A stretch of DNA of 64,000 nucleotides from Octopus sinensis (Eukaryota): assembly GCF_006345805.1 (NCBI RefSeq), contig NC_043000.1, forward strand, positions 24,676,001 through 24,740,000, written 5' to 3'. The position numbers were made by a program, and so were the translations under genes. A model generated the notes under the pieces. That model worked only from the letters and a program-made list of their open reading frames with translations. It was not told the origin of the DNA and ran no database searches. This document shows, piece by piece, positions 1 through 13,135 of the stretch (position 1 is the first letter of the stretch; every line of letters begins with the position of its first letter).

Positions 1-93
1 TCCCATTATGCAACGAGTATTTAATTTATTGACCCTGAAAGGATGAAAGGCAGAGTCGACCTTGGTGGAATTTGAACTCAGAATGTAAAGGCA

Positions 94-905
94 GATGAAA
101 TACTGCTAAGCATTTCACCTGGTGTGTTAACATTTCTGTCAACTCACCACCTTTAAGATAATCTTTTCTACTCTAGGTACAAAGGCTGAAATTTTTGGAG
201 AGGAGGCCAGTCGATTAGATCGATCCCAGTACACAACTGGTACTTAATTTATTGACCCCGAAAGGATGAAAGGCAAAGTGAACCTTGGTGGAATTTGAAC
301 TCAGAATGTAACGGCAGACAAAATACCTATTTCTTTACTACCCACAAGGGGCTAAACACAGAGAGGACAAACAGGACAGACAAACGGATTAAGTCAATTA
401 TATCGACCCCAATGCGTAACTGGTACTTATTTAATCGACCCCGAAAGGATGAAAAGCAAAGTTGACCTCGGCGGAATTTGAACTCAGAACGTAAAGACAG
501 ATGAAATACTGCTAAGCATTTCACCTGGTGTGTTAACATTTCTGTCAACTCACCACCTTTAAGATAATCTTTTCTACTCTAGGTACAAAGGCTGAAATTT
601 TTGGAGAGGGGGCCAGTCGATTAGATCGATCCCAGTACACAACTGGTACTTAATTTATTGACCCCGAAAGGATGAAAGGCAAAGTGAACCTCGGTGGAAT
701 TTGAACTCAGAATGTAACGGCAGACAAAATACCTATTTCTTTACTACCCACAAGGGGCTAAACACAGAGAGGACAAACAGGACAGACAAACGGATTAAGT
801 CAATTATATCGACCCCAATGCGTAACTGGTACTTATTTAATCGACCCCGAAAGGATGAAAAGCAAAGTTGACCTCGGCGGAATTTGAACTCAGAACGTAA
901 AGACA
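94..905. repeat. Tandem duplication, period 406 bp
   Basis: gatgaaatactgctaagcatttc recurs at 94 and 500, with a variant at 906. The unit consists of family-B SINE pieces. Confidence 0.9.
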
Positions 906-3900
906 GACGAAATACTGCTAAGCATTTCGCCCGACGTGCTAACGATTCTGCCAGCTTGCCGCCTTAACTAAGTAGAAATATTAAACTGGAACAATAACAA
1001 CGTGGAAACACATTTATTATTGTCACTTCAATACACATCTGGCCAAATTATATGAGACAAGGTTGAAACAGTGTGGTTAAAAACTTCACTCCATAATCAC
1101 ATTGATCTGGGTTTGAGCATAAGATATGTCTTGGGCAAATGTTTTCCACCTTAACCACAGATTGGCCAATGTCTTGACGGAAGAATTCCAGATAGAAACT
1201 GTGTGGATGCCTGTTGTGTGTGTGTGTGTGTGTGTGTGGGTGTGTTCGTAAATGTGTGTATGTGTTTGCATGTGTCTGGTGTCAGTGTCTTCTGCTGTAA
1301 AACAGTGTATTAAATGGCATCTCTTTATATGAAAAGTTAACTTAGCAATTTGACAAACAGATGTAAATACAATATGTACCAAACTAAGATAAATACTAGG
1401 AATAAATATGATTAACCGAAACCTTTGAAACTGATGCCCCAGCATGGCCACAGTCCATGACAGAAACTGGCACAGGAGTAGAAGAACAAGTTTTTCATCA
1501 TTGAATGAAATGATTCAGTTTAACCACAGTCAACGTAATAATGTGTTTAATACTTGCAGAAATCATGATACAACAAATACCAGTTGTAGACAAAAGTTTT
1601 ACTGAATCAGACAAACGTGATTTCAATCTATTTTTACATTTAAATTGTCCTCTACTCTGGAGATGTACTTGCCTGGCAAGTGATTTGATCTGAGACTGTG
1701 CATTGGAGTTAAAACAATTACTGTATGAAAGAGACATAAGCATTCAAAAACACACAATGAGTGCATTTAATTATTTATAATAATGAACTTATTGCATATA
1801 GTATTCAGGTGCACTGCAACTCATCAGGAAAAAGTAGCCAAAAGTGCTTGCACAGTACATAGTGATGCAGAGGAAGTGAACAGTGGCAAAAAAAGGGGTT
1901 ACATTGGGCACACTGTTGGCATGTTTCAGGAAGCATTGAGGATTTGAAGGACGTCGTGTCCTGACAGCCGACTACCAATGGGTGTAGTTGGATCTTTTCA
2001 CTTTGACCGGCAGATTTAAAAAATAATTTTTTGTAACTAAACACTTTTAAACTTCGTATACTGGTAGAATATGTCACATAAAACATCATTTTCTCTTGGC
2101 GTTCATGAGAAAATTCTGTAGTTTGTAAGCTATTTGTTGTTAAATTTCTCGTATTTCGGAAATTTCAACCAATCAATGACGTCTATTGAGGTGAATACAA
2201 TTACTGCTGTTGTTTGTCGAAAAGATTCGTGTAGTTTATTTCACGCTTTAGCAATTCTGAGCATAAATAAACGTTTCCGAAAGTCATGGGTACTTTGTTG
2301 TTTATTGATTTTGTAAGCAGTCCACGGGTGTTAGACATATGGAATATAAAAAAGGTGACAAAAGTTGTTGAAAGATGGTGGAGCCTTAACGTGTCCATGT
2401 CCAAAAAGCAAGACATCCAGAGTAGATACCAAATTAATAAACGTTTAAGTGAAGTTAAACTGTTTGTGCGTTTTTAGAGGGGCTAACATGTGTCTGCCAA
2501 ACCGTAATTCTTGTATTTATACAATTAACTGTAAAGTTAGACTCAAATTCAGTTTTGATTTTAAGATTTTAACATGTTACTTTGTGGATAGTAGACTAGT
2601 ATTTGAAACTCTTTAAATTCTTGATCTCAGGCTAGTTGTGGAATATTTTAACTTCACAGAGACGGTCCCTCTAAGATACATAAAATATAAACTGATTTCG
2701 CCGTGGAGTAATTAATATTTTATTTCGTTTACGTGAGAAGGGAAATAACCCCCACCATTTCTGTAGGTTAAAAATAAAACTCATTCACCACTTTTAATGC
2801 TACGAAGTTCTATGTAGGTGGGACGTAGATGGAGATGTGTGTGTGTGTGTTAAAGGCAGCAGCTGTAGGAAGAAAATGAGAGGCGAATGAGGACAGTTTG
2901 GGATAAGAGGAGATGATGGATTTTACTTTTGTTTGTTTCAGTTACTGGACTGTGGCCATGCTGGGGTACTGCATCGAAGAGTTTTTTTAGTCAAATAAAT
3001 CAACCCCAGAACTTCTTTTATTTTTATGTCTGGTAATTATTCTATCAATCTCTTTTGTCAAACTGCTAAGTTACAGGGGACAGAAACAAATTCAGATTGT
3101 CAAGCAGCGAGGGAACAAATATAAACAGACACACACACACAAGATGGGCTCTAAACAGTTTTCATCAATTAAATTCACATGCAAGGCATTGGTCAGCCTG
3201 AGGTTATAAAAAAAGACAATTGCCCAAAGTGCCATGAAGTGGAATTGAACCTGAAACCATGTGGTTGCAAAGTGAGCTTATAATCACACACCCATACCAA
3301 CACCTATGTTTTACTACAGAACAATGATTAACTTTATAGATATTGGCTCATTAATAATAAATAAGCTATGAACAAAAAAGAAGCAAAGGCGGCGAGCTGG
3401 CAGAAACGTCAGCATGCTTAGTGGTATTTTGTCCACCGAGGTCGACTTTGCCTTACATCCTTTCGGGGTCGATAAATTAAGTACCAGTTGCATATTGGAA
3501 TTGATCTAATCAACTGGCCCCCTCCCTGAAAATTTCGGGCCTTGTGCCAAGAGTAGAAAAGAATATATTCTTAAGGCGGTGAGCTGGCAGAAATGTTGGC
3601 ACACTGGGCCAAATGCTAAGCAATATTTCGTCTGTCTTTACGTTCTGAGTTCAAATTCCGCCAAGGTTGACTTTGCCTTTCATCCTTTCAGGGTCAATAA
3701 ATTAAGTACCAGTTGCATACCGGGGTTGATTTAATCGACTGGCCCATTCCCACAAAATTTCGGGCCTTGTGCCTAGAGCAGAAAAGAATAAAGAAGAAGC
3801 CTCTAATACAGTGACCCTATCTGTTAGATATAGAAGATAAATCTCCCTAGATACACAATGTCTAAAAAGAAGACAGGATGGTCATTGTAGGAAAACATTT

Positions 3901-6130
3901 GATCATAGGTCTGCTCGATTAGAACAGGTTCGACAGGACGTTTTCCTTTGGTCGTATGATGATTGTTCTGAGGGTCCCAAATGTCTTTCAATGTAAACAT
4001 CTTGATGACCTTAACGTTCAAAATATCTACTTAGGGACAAGTTACAAAGCAGTCATTTAACTATCCTAAAATATGCAAATTAGAAAACAAAGATTCAAAT
4101 CACACAAATGTTGGTATTTTAGTAAATAGTTGAGATTTAGTTATTAAAAATGAAAAGGGATACTAAGGGAGGTAACTGTAGTCATCTAACTTCAACTGTA
4201 TTCTGGATTCAATTAACACGGTGAAACTACGATTACAGGGCCTAACTAAATACTCTACAACGTTTCTTAAGGTTCTGAGTTCAAATCCTGTACATGTATG
4301 CTGTGATTTTAACCCTTGCCTCATCTGATTGATCAAATAGTATCAGTTTTTGTCGTGGACATTTAGCTCTAGTTCTCTCTTTTACTTGTTTCAGTCATTT
4401 GACTGTGGCCATGCTGGAGCACCGCCTTTAGTCGAGCAAATCGACCCCAGGACTTATTCTTTGTAAGACTAGTATACTTATTCTATCAGTCTTTGTTTAC
4501 CAAACTGCTAAGTTACGGGGACGTAAACACACCAGCATCGGTTGTCAAGCGATGTTGGGGACACACACACACACACACACACAAACATATACACACACAT
4601 ACATATATATATACACATATATACGACGGGCTTCTTCCAGTTTCCATCTACCAAATCCACTCACAAGGCTTTGGTCGGCCCGAGGCTATAGTAGAAGACA
4701 TTTGCCCCAGGTGCCACGCAGTGGGACTGAACCCGGAACCATGTGGTTAGTAAGCAATCTACTTACTACACAGCCACTCCTGAGCCTATGCTATCTTAGT
4801 GTATATTTTTTAATTGCATTATCCATTCTACACTTTTTTCAAGACAAGCAGGGATTTGAGGGAATTTGGTGGATGGTTTTTATATGTGTGTGTGTGTGTG
4901 TGTGTGTAAAAAAAAAGAGAATAGTTTAGGCTAACTTTAACAATTTTATGTGAGTGTGTTTTTGTTATATATATATATGTGGGTTAGTGGTGAGAGTGTG
5001 GAACCCACAATCATAAGGCTTGGTTCAATACGCGAATCTGTTGCACATTGTGTTTTTGGATGGTTCATTCCATTTCATGTTGTTCCAGTTCACTCGGCTG
5101 AAATAAATACCAGTTGAGTAAGGAGCCAAAGGGGATGTCTGTGTTTGCTTCTGACTATACAGGCACTTAAACCAATTAGCAAAAGTAGGGTACAAGCTAC
5201 CAAGGGGTCTTTTCTCGCAAGTTATTTGGTGACCTCACAACAAAAAGCACCCAGTGGACTCTGTAAAGTGGTTGGTATTAGGAAGGGCATCTGGCTGTAG
5301 AAACCCAGCCAAAGCAGACACTTGTGCTTGATACAAACCCTCAAGTTCATTGGAGTCTGTTGAACCACCCAGTCCATACCAGCATGGAATCATCATTTAA
5401 CGTCCGTTTTCCATGCTAGTATAGGTTGGACGGTTCGACTGGGGTCTGGAAGCCATGGAGGCTGCACCAGGCTCTAGTCTGATTTGGTAGTGTTTCTACA
5501 GCTGGATGCCCTTCCTAACACCAACCACTCCATGAATGTAGTGGGTGCTTTTTATGTGCCACCGGCACAGGGGCCAGACCAGGCTGGCAAACGGCTACAA
5601 TTGGTTGGTGCTTTTACGTGTCACCGACACGGACGCCAGTCAGGCAGCGCTGGCATCTGCCATGTTTGGAATACAGATGTTAAATGGTGATGATGAAATC
5701 ATCATTGAATCTGGGGGTTGGAGAAAGGTAATTTTTTTTCTTTTTATCCTTTTGAAATATGGTTGAAACTGTGCAGAGGAATGAACTCTCACAGATGTGC
5801 AAGAAGAGTCAATATGAAATAATGATGAATCATGTGCTAGACGTATTTTAAATTTGCTCTTCTTATCGAATCGCAAAAAAAAAATTCTGGAAAATGAATA
5901 AATTGATTATATAAATAAATAAATACCAGATATTATACAATTTTATCTCATTTGAGACCAAAACCAAACTAAAAAAAAAAAACTAATAAAATCTTGTAAA
6001 ATTTAATGATGTAAAAATTTTGAAGTAATATTTTCCAATGGTTTTGGTTCATACAGACATGCCTCTCAAGAAGATATTTCTCTCTCATTAAAAATAATAA
6101 CAACATGGTGGAAAAGAAAGAAGCATTCTA

Positions 6131-6290
6131 TAGTAGTAGTAGTAGTAGTAGTAGCACAAGTAGTAATCATAGTAGTAGTAGTAGTAGTTATAGCACAAGT
6201 AGTAATCGTAGTAGTAGTAGTAGTAGTAATAGCACAAGTAGTAATTGTAGTAGTAGTAGTAATAGCACAAGTAGTAATCATAGTAGTAGT
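6131..6290. repeat. Higher-order (AGT)n minisatellite
   Basis: (agt)n blocks punctuated five times by agcacaagtagtaat. Confidence 0.9.
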
Positions 6291-7060
6291 AATTCTTTGA
6301 GAGATGCTTCTAGGCTGTAATGGAAATATATTGTACAACAAGCAGTAAAGAATGCTGGATCTGATTAGTACCATTCCAGCTTCTTTTTGCTTTGTGCTTT
6401 TTTTTTCTGTTTTTTTTTGGCATTCTCCGTTTTTATTGAAATTATTAATCAATAAAAGATATTAAAAAAAAAAAAATATCTGCCAAAATCAATTCTTCCA
6501 AAATTGATTTAGATGACGAAGATAAATACAGGAAAATGTGTTGCAGGATTTGGTCCATTGTCAACTCTATGTCTAAAATTTTGAGATTATATGAGATTTG
6601 TTTATGTAATGGACAAAGGTTTTGGTGCAATGGAATCTAGAAAGTGAATTCTTTGCCTTAGGTTGAAATATAGAATAGTTCTTAATTGCTGCAATGCATC
6701 AGGTGCAAAGCTAGATTCGAAGAGATTTTTTTCCAAAACCATAACTGCGATTCGATTTTAATTGCCAAAGGGAATCATTTAACAAATATTGTTAGTGTTC
6801 TCAGTAAACATGTGGCCGTCTTAATTTTCTTTTCCATTTAATCAGATGTATAAATCTGGATTTAGTTCTTTTCAAAGATATTTTATCATGTTTTGAGATG
6901 GAAAAAAAAAAAAAACAAAAAAAAAAACAGTTTCTTATTTCCTACAAATCTACTTAAGCTGTGATATAATCGAAGTCTAACAGATACAGAGAATACAGTT
7001 TGAATATAAAATGGCTCCTTCAAGAATTCGAGTTGATATATACAACGTATGATGATGAGA

Positions 7061-7117
<57 letters not shown>

Positions 7118-7550
7118 ACACACATATATATATACATACACATACACACACACATATATATATATACACACACACACACATATTATATATATACACACAT
7201 ATATATATATACACACACATATATATATACACACATATATATACATAACACACACATATATATACACACATATATATATACATACCACACACATATATAT
7301 ACATATATATATACACACACCACATATACATATATATATACACACACACACAACACACACACACATATTACATACACACACACACACCACATATATACAT
7401 ACACACACACACACACACATATATACATACACACACACACACATATATACATACCACACACACACATATATACATACACACACACACATATACATACACA
7501 CACACATATATACATACACACACACATTATATATATATTATATATATATA

Positions 7551-8065
7551 TAATAATTCTCTAAATGAGATATAGACAGTCGTGATGGTGTCAAGCCTAT
7601 CTGGCGACGTTGATGTTCGCCTGGGGCTAAATGCAACAGTAACACCCCCACCACCCTGCCCTGTCCCTAGCCATATTCAGATGGCTTTAGTCCCTTATGT
7701 TATGGAGCAGTTACTGTCTATATCTCATTTAGAGAATTATTATTGCTGTCGAACAGATTTTCGAAATCAGCAAATGTATTTTGCTTGAAAATCTATATAT
7801 AAATATCCTGCAGAGTGAGTTGTTCGTCGAGGAAGCGGGGGCCTACCACACGTTGATGATAGGCAATACACCTTGAAACCTAGGTCCGTGTGTGGTTTCC
7901 GCTTCATCGAGGAATTATCTCCCTTTGCAGGATAAAGGACGCCGTGATGGTGTCAAGCCTATCTGGCGACGTTGATGTTCGCCTGGGGCTAAATGCAACA
8001 GTAACACCCCCACCACCCTGCCCTGTCCCTAGCCATATTCAGATGGCTTTAGTCCCTTATGTTAT
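7551..8065 (+). mobile_element. Penelope-like/retrozyme-like non-autonomous element: 362-nt unit in partial tandem, with inverted 5' segment and hammerhead fold
   Basis: Identical 123-bp direct repeats at 7581-7703 and 7943-8065. 7551-7580 is the reverse complement of 7713-7742. Flanked by TA-rich microsatellites. Confidence 0.7.
7827..7910 (+). ncRNA. Type I hammerhead ribozyme fold with extended stem I
   Basis: CACACG-TTGATGA-tAGG caataca CCTt-GAAA-CCTAGGT-C-CGTGTG. Helix III is the palindrome ACCTAGGT and the cleavage triplet is GUC. Outer pairs GAAGCGG/CCGCTTC and TCGA/TCGA. Confidence 0.7.
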
Positions 8066-8087
8066 ATATATATATATATATAGATAC

Positions 8088-8142
8088 TCAAAATAAGCAA
8101 CAAGGATATCCAAACTTTGGATATCCTTGTTGCTTATTTTGA
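8088..8142. repeat. Perfect 27-bp inverted repeat with a 1-nt loop
   Basis: tcaaaataagcaacaaggatatccaaa-c-tttggatatccttgttgcttattttga. Confidence 0.95.
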
Positions 8143-8597
8143 TTATAATCACCCCATTTATATGGATAATACCAGACTAAATTCTGGTGCCTTTAACTTA
8201 AGAACCATATTCATCTGAATCTATATATGATGTTCCTTGTTTGTATATACATAATGGTATACACACAGGTAGTTTAATCTATAACTTTTGCACAAATGAG
8301 TAAATGTTTTATCTGCTACTTTCTGTATTGGAGAAAGCATTTCGGGTTGGCTCAGAACATTCAGAATATTTGTTACTGAGAAGATGAAATCAAGTCAAAA
8401 CACCTGTGTCTGATAATCCACTGGGATTCTGCTAGAAGTCCCGTATTTGTAACCCACAATTTTTCTTGAAATGTTTCTGTGAGACAAGATATTGCAGCCA
8501 GTGCTGCTTGCTGTTATTATTCTCTTAAAACCAAAGAACACACACACGCATACACACACACGCACGCACACACACACAAATGCATTATCAGACTTAC

Positions 8598-8892
8598 TTT
8601 ATAAAATATTGCTGGCCATCAGCAGTGTAAGCAGTTTCCCAATTTCCAGGTAAAGGGCCAAGATTCGAAGAGCTTCGTGCTTTTTCCAAGGACCGTTGTC
8701 GTATCACAGGAACATTGTCTCTGAATGGCGGCAGTGAAGATTTAGAAGATGACATTTCTGAATTACTAGGCAACTTCCGTTTTGTTTCACCTTGATTGCT
8801 GTTTCCAAAAAGTAAACTTCCAGCTGACCCTGTGCGCCGAACATGAACTACGTTAGGTTCTTTAGGGGGTTTTGGTGTTCCGTAGTGATTAC
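8598..8892 (-). CDS. Magi: Magi coding exon, GK end, linker and first half of WW1: (G)NHYGTPKPPKEPN...RSSSNLGPLPGNWETAYTADGQQYFI(N)
   Basis: Open 295-nt frame with acceptor ttttacctgcag|GT and donor AA|gtaagt. It starts with the MAGI NxYGTPKP motif and ends in the WW motif LGPLPxNWExAYTxxGxxYFI. It splices in frame to the 44788-44907 exon. It is missing from the ORF track because its only ATG lies too near the downstream stop. Confidence 0.95.
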
Positions 8893-9139
8893 CTGCAGGT
8901 AAAAGAGATCAACAAGTATTAGAAACGGTTTCAGGATGAAAATGTCGATCACATCTTCATGCGTGTGTATTTATATCTTTTATCTTTTACTTGAATCAGT
9001 TATTAGACTGCTGCCATGCTGGGGGACCACCCTGAAGGATTTAGCCAAACCATTTGACCCCAGTAAAATTTTTAAAGCCTGGAGCTTATTCAGTCAGTCG
9101 TTTTTTGCTCAATTGTGAAATCATGGGGACATAAACAAG

Positions 9140-9185
<46 letters not shown>

Positions 9186-9187
<2 letters not shown>

Positions 9188-9578
9188 CACAGGATTGGCT
9201 GTGTGGCAAGTAGCTTCCTTACCAACCACATGGTTCTGGGGTCAGTCCCACTGCGTGCCACTTTGGGCAAGTGTCTTTTACTACTATAGGCTCGAACTGA
9301 CCAATGCCTTGTGAGTGGATTAGGTAGATGGAAACTCAAAAGAAGCCCGTCATATATATGTATATATATGTGTGTGTGTCTGTGTTTGTCTCCCTAGCAT
9401 TGCTTGATAACCAATGCTGGTGTGTTTGTGTCCCTATCACTTAGCAGTTCGGCAAAAGAGACCAATAGAATAAGTACTGGGCTTACAAATAATAAGTCCT
9501 GTCGTCGATTTGCTCGACTAAAGACGGTGCTCCAGCATGGCTGCAGTCAAATGACTAAAACAAGTAAAAGAATAAAAG
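9186..9578 (+). mobile_element. SINE family A, full-length example (tRNA head, CORE-like ccttgggcaag, central TA/TG microsatellite, tail ending gactgaaacaagtaaaag)
   Basis: More than 20 whole or partial copies, e.g. 4376-4785(-), 12041-12444(-), 15225-15600(-), 27298-27672(-), 29601-30030(+), 30120-30490(+), 31595-32117(-), 46485-46830(-), 53605-53985(+), 54495-54875(+), 58868-59250(-), 61185-61580(+). Confidence 0.85.
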
Positions 9579-10001
9579 ATATATATATATATATATATAT
9601 ATATAAATGACAAGCTTCTTTCAGCTTCCATCTACCAAATCCACTCACACAGCTTTGGTTCACCTGAAGCTATAAGAGAAAACATTCTCTCAGAACCAAG
9701 TGGTGGGATTGAACCCAAAACCATATTGTTGTGAAGCAAACTTCTTACCACACAACCATACCTAAGCCTATATATATCTATCATTGCAATTATGGAAAAG
9801 TGTCGTAAGTCCAAAACGTTGCTTTTTCAGAAAACATAAAAATAGTTTCACCATTCCATAGTAAAACCATTGGACAACATTTAATCAATTTTTGGCTCCC
9901 AAGCCTCATTTAACGTTTTATCCCAGGGTCCCAATAAGATATCTTAATTAATTTTGACATGAGTAGCATAACATTTTAACACTATACCAACCCTCTCAGG
10001 T

Positions 10002-10285
10002 GGAGGCACATGGCCTAGTGGTTAGAGCAGCGGATTCGCGGTCAAGGGATTGTGGGTTCGAATCTCAGACTGGGTGATGTGTGTGTTTATGAGCGAAACA
10101 CCTAAGCTCCACGCGACTCTGGCAGAAGGTAATGATGAACTTCTGCTGACCCTTTCGCCACAACTTTCTCCCACTCTTTCCTCCTGCATCTTGCAGCTCA
10201 CCTGCAATGGACCGGCATCCCATCCAGGTGGGGAACCTATACGCCAAGGAAACTGGGAAACCAGCCTTATGCTCCACAAGGGGCA
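10002..10285 (+). mobile_element. tRNA-derived SINE, family D
   Basis: A box TGGCCTAGTGG and B box GGTTCGAATC. Related copies at 35857 and 37995. Confidence 0.8.
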
Positions 10286-10436
10286 AAAAGAATTAAGAAG
10301 AAGAAACCTCTCAGAAGAAACCATAGGAAAGAAATTAAACACTGACCTGCTGGTGGGTCGGGTGCATTTCACTAACATACCACCATGACCCACTGGCAGG
10401 ACACGTAGGAGCCAACATGTTAAAAGAGTAATTTAA

Positions 10437-10827
10437 TCTATATATATAAAGCTGAAGTTGTCTGTGTATGGCAGGTTTGGTAGCCTTCAACTAACACAAT
10501 CTCTTCCGAGACCCTGTGGTGCAAGTTGACCAAAACTGAGAGTATGATAGAAGAAAGCTTGTTTTTCCTTCCATAGAAGAAAAAATTCAAATCGGACCAT
10601 GTTAACACCAAAAATTATTTACATCAAAAAAGTACTTTTTTTTCTATGAAAATCCCTTTTTTTAACGATTCTTTTACTGCTGTGTCGCCATTTATCGGTG
10701 TATTTTAACTGGAAAAATGTTCACTTAAAGAGAATAACAAGCTAAATAATGCAAAATTTTTACTTTTCAAAAATTTAAATTCTAAAGGGTCGACACAAAC
10801 CCGAGCAACGCCGGGCTATATTGCTAG
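10437..10827 (+). mobile_element. Non-autonomous Helitron
   Basis: 5' TCTATATATATAAA, 3' CTAG, subterminal hairpin CCCGAGCAACGCCGGG, inserted between A and T with no TSD. Confidence 0.8.
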
Positions 10828-11570
10828 TGTAAGATATACACAACCTATGAATTTGTTAAAAAGAATGCTTCATAATTTTTCTCAGTACATGTGTACTGAG
10901 TTGCAATCTGCTCATAAAACTAAAGAGTTTCTGCTAATCAGAACATAACCACTCCCACAGTGGGTTATAACAGAAAATGTATCTTCTCTGTGAGCATTTC
11001 ACTAATTAAATGGAATTAGATAAGACCAACTGATATCTTTGAAAGTAAATATTGTATTATCAAATATTCTGTTATCAAATTATTTGGTGATCTCATTGTC
11101 AGCAAAGATTTTGACAGGATGTGTTTGCTGAAGAAAAATCCTACACATGTTTGCATGTATTTCATTATATGCGTGTGTGTGTGTGTTTATGTGTGTATTT
11201 AGGCAAGTAGCCATATCTCTGTATGCGTGTTTTGTGTTATCAGGAGATGGGAAATTTTTTTAGTACCATTTATGCCCCATTACACATGTTTCGTTTGCTA
11301 ACAGGAGTTAGAAAAATTGTACATGTTGGAGAAAACATGTAAGTTATCTCCTATTAAAAAGTTGTTAGTTGTTGGAGCACTGCATCTTTCAAAACTTCCA
11401 TGCTTCCTGAGATTCGCCAACACTACACCTGATTTTCTCCCCTCCATACACACGCAAGCATGTATCTGACTCATACATTGTTCACTTTCCAGACATTTGT
11501 ACATTACTGCATATGCTTTATACACACTTTTGACAAGTTGTGGTGCACCTGAGCACTGTATACAAGAATT

Positions 11571-11602
<32 letters not shown>

Positions 11603-12226
11603 TGATGCAAAGGTGAATAAATGGTGAATAAATAATTCCAAAAAATTTTTCGAATCTCCTGTTTTGATAACCTTCTCCCACCCCCTTGTATTTTTCTTGC
11701 TGCCTTTTTAGGAATATGAATTGACTAGGAGGAGAGGATACCCAGTCCCCTGGCTCATGCCACTTTTTGTCACACCTTATGCCATGCAGGGAATACGGCA
11801 ACTGCATTCTACCGTCCCCTCATCACAATTCGCAGGGGGGTTTGCTAGTTAACCCATAGCTGGGACCCTTACAGGTACTACCACTCTGGGCCAGTGTTCA
11901 GCAAGCTGTTCTGTAGGTTGGGTCACGTGGAACCCTTGTCATCGCAGCCGACAGAGAGCCAATATGTATACATATGTGTATATGAGCACTCAGCCATTTC
12001 ATGTGTGTATGTATATGCGTGTGTGTGTGCATGCATGAGGCTAAGTCATTTGACTGCAGCCATGCTGGAGCACTACCTTTAGTTGAACAAATCAACCCCA
12101 AGACTTATTCTTTATAAGCTTGGTTCTTATTCTATTGGTCTCTTTTGCTGAACTGCTACATGACGGGGATCATAAACACACCAACATCAGTTGTCAAGCG
12201 ATGGTGAGGAGACAAACAGACACATA

Positions 12227-12284
<58 letters not shown>

Positions 12285-12287
<3 letters not shown>

Positions 12288-12674
12288 TACGACAGGCTTC
12301 TTTCAGATTTCATCAACCAAATCTACTCACAAGGCTTTGGTCAGCCCGAGGCTATAGTAGAAGACACTTGCCCAAGGTGGCATGCAGTGAGATTGAACCC
12401 GGAACTATGTGGTTGGGAAGCAAGCTTCTTACCATGCTGCACCTATATATGCATGTACATATGCATATTCAATTACATCCTGTGCATATTTACATTATGG
12501 TTGTTGCGTAATTGCAGCTAATGTTCCTTATTGCAGCAACTGCAAGTCAGCTTCCAAACTATCTTGAATCACTCCATACGCATTCACACACAGATACATA
12601 CATGCACATGCATACACACATACATACACATGCAGATACATGTCCTCAATGACACACATGCACACAAAGTTATT

Positions 12675-12710
<36 letters not shown>

Positions 12711-13102
12711 CATATATACGACAGGCTTCTTTCAGATTTCATCAACCAAATCTACTCACAAGGCTTTGGTCAGCCCGAGGCTATAGTAGAAGACACTTGC
12801 CCAGGTGGCATGCAGTGAGATTGAACCCGGAACTATGTGGTTGGGAAGCAAGCTTCTTACCATGCTGCACCTATATATGCATGTACATATGCATATTCAA
12901 TTACATCCTGTGCATATTTACATTATGGTTGTTGCGTAATTGCAGCTAATGTTCCTTATTGCAGCAACTGCAAGTCAGCTTCCAAACTATCTTGAATCCC
13001 TCCATACGCATTCACACACAGATACATACATGCACATGCATACACACATACATACACATGCAGATACATGTCCTCAATGACACACATGCACACAAAGTTA
13101 TT

Positions 13103-13134
<32 letters not shown>

Positions 13135-13135
13135 C
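12285..13135. repeat. Tandem duplication, period ~429 bp
   Basis: gacaggcttc at 12291 and 12720. The junctions lie in (CA)n(TA)n. Confidence 0.9.

Noticed and set aside
1086-1451. 121-aa minus-strand ORF, considered as the next Magi exon
   Set aside because: No WW continuation (HNTxTTxWxDP) in any frame I read, and it includes a microsatellite. The next exon is probably outside the window.
6886-7564. Long Y/I/H/T/C/V-rich ORFs here and at 12956-13693, 41977-42300 and 49171-49956
   Set aside because: They are translations of (TA)n/(CA)n microsatellites, which lack stops in several frames.
10002-10075. tRNA-like sequences at SINE heads
   Set aside because: A and B boxes are present, but there is no complete cloverleaf and they continue into multicopy SINE bodies, so they are not tRNA genes.
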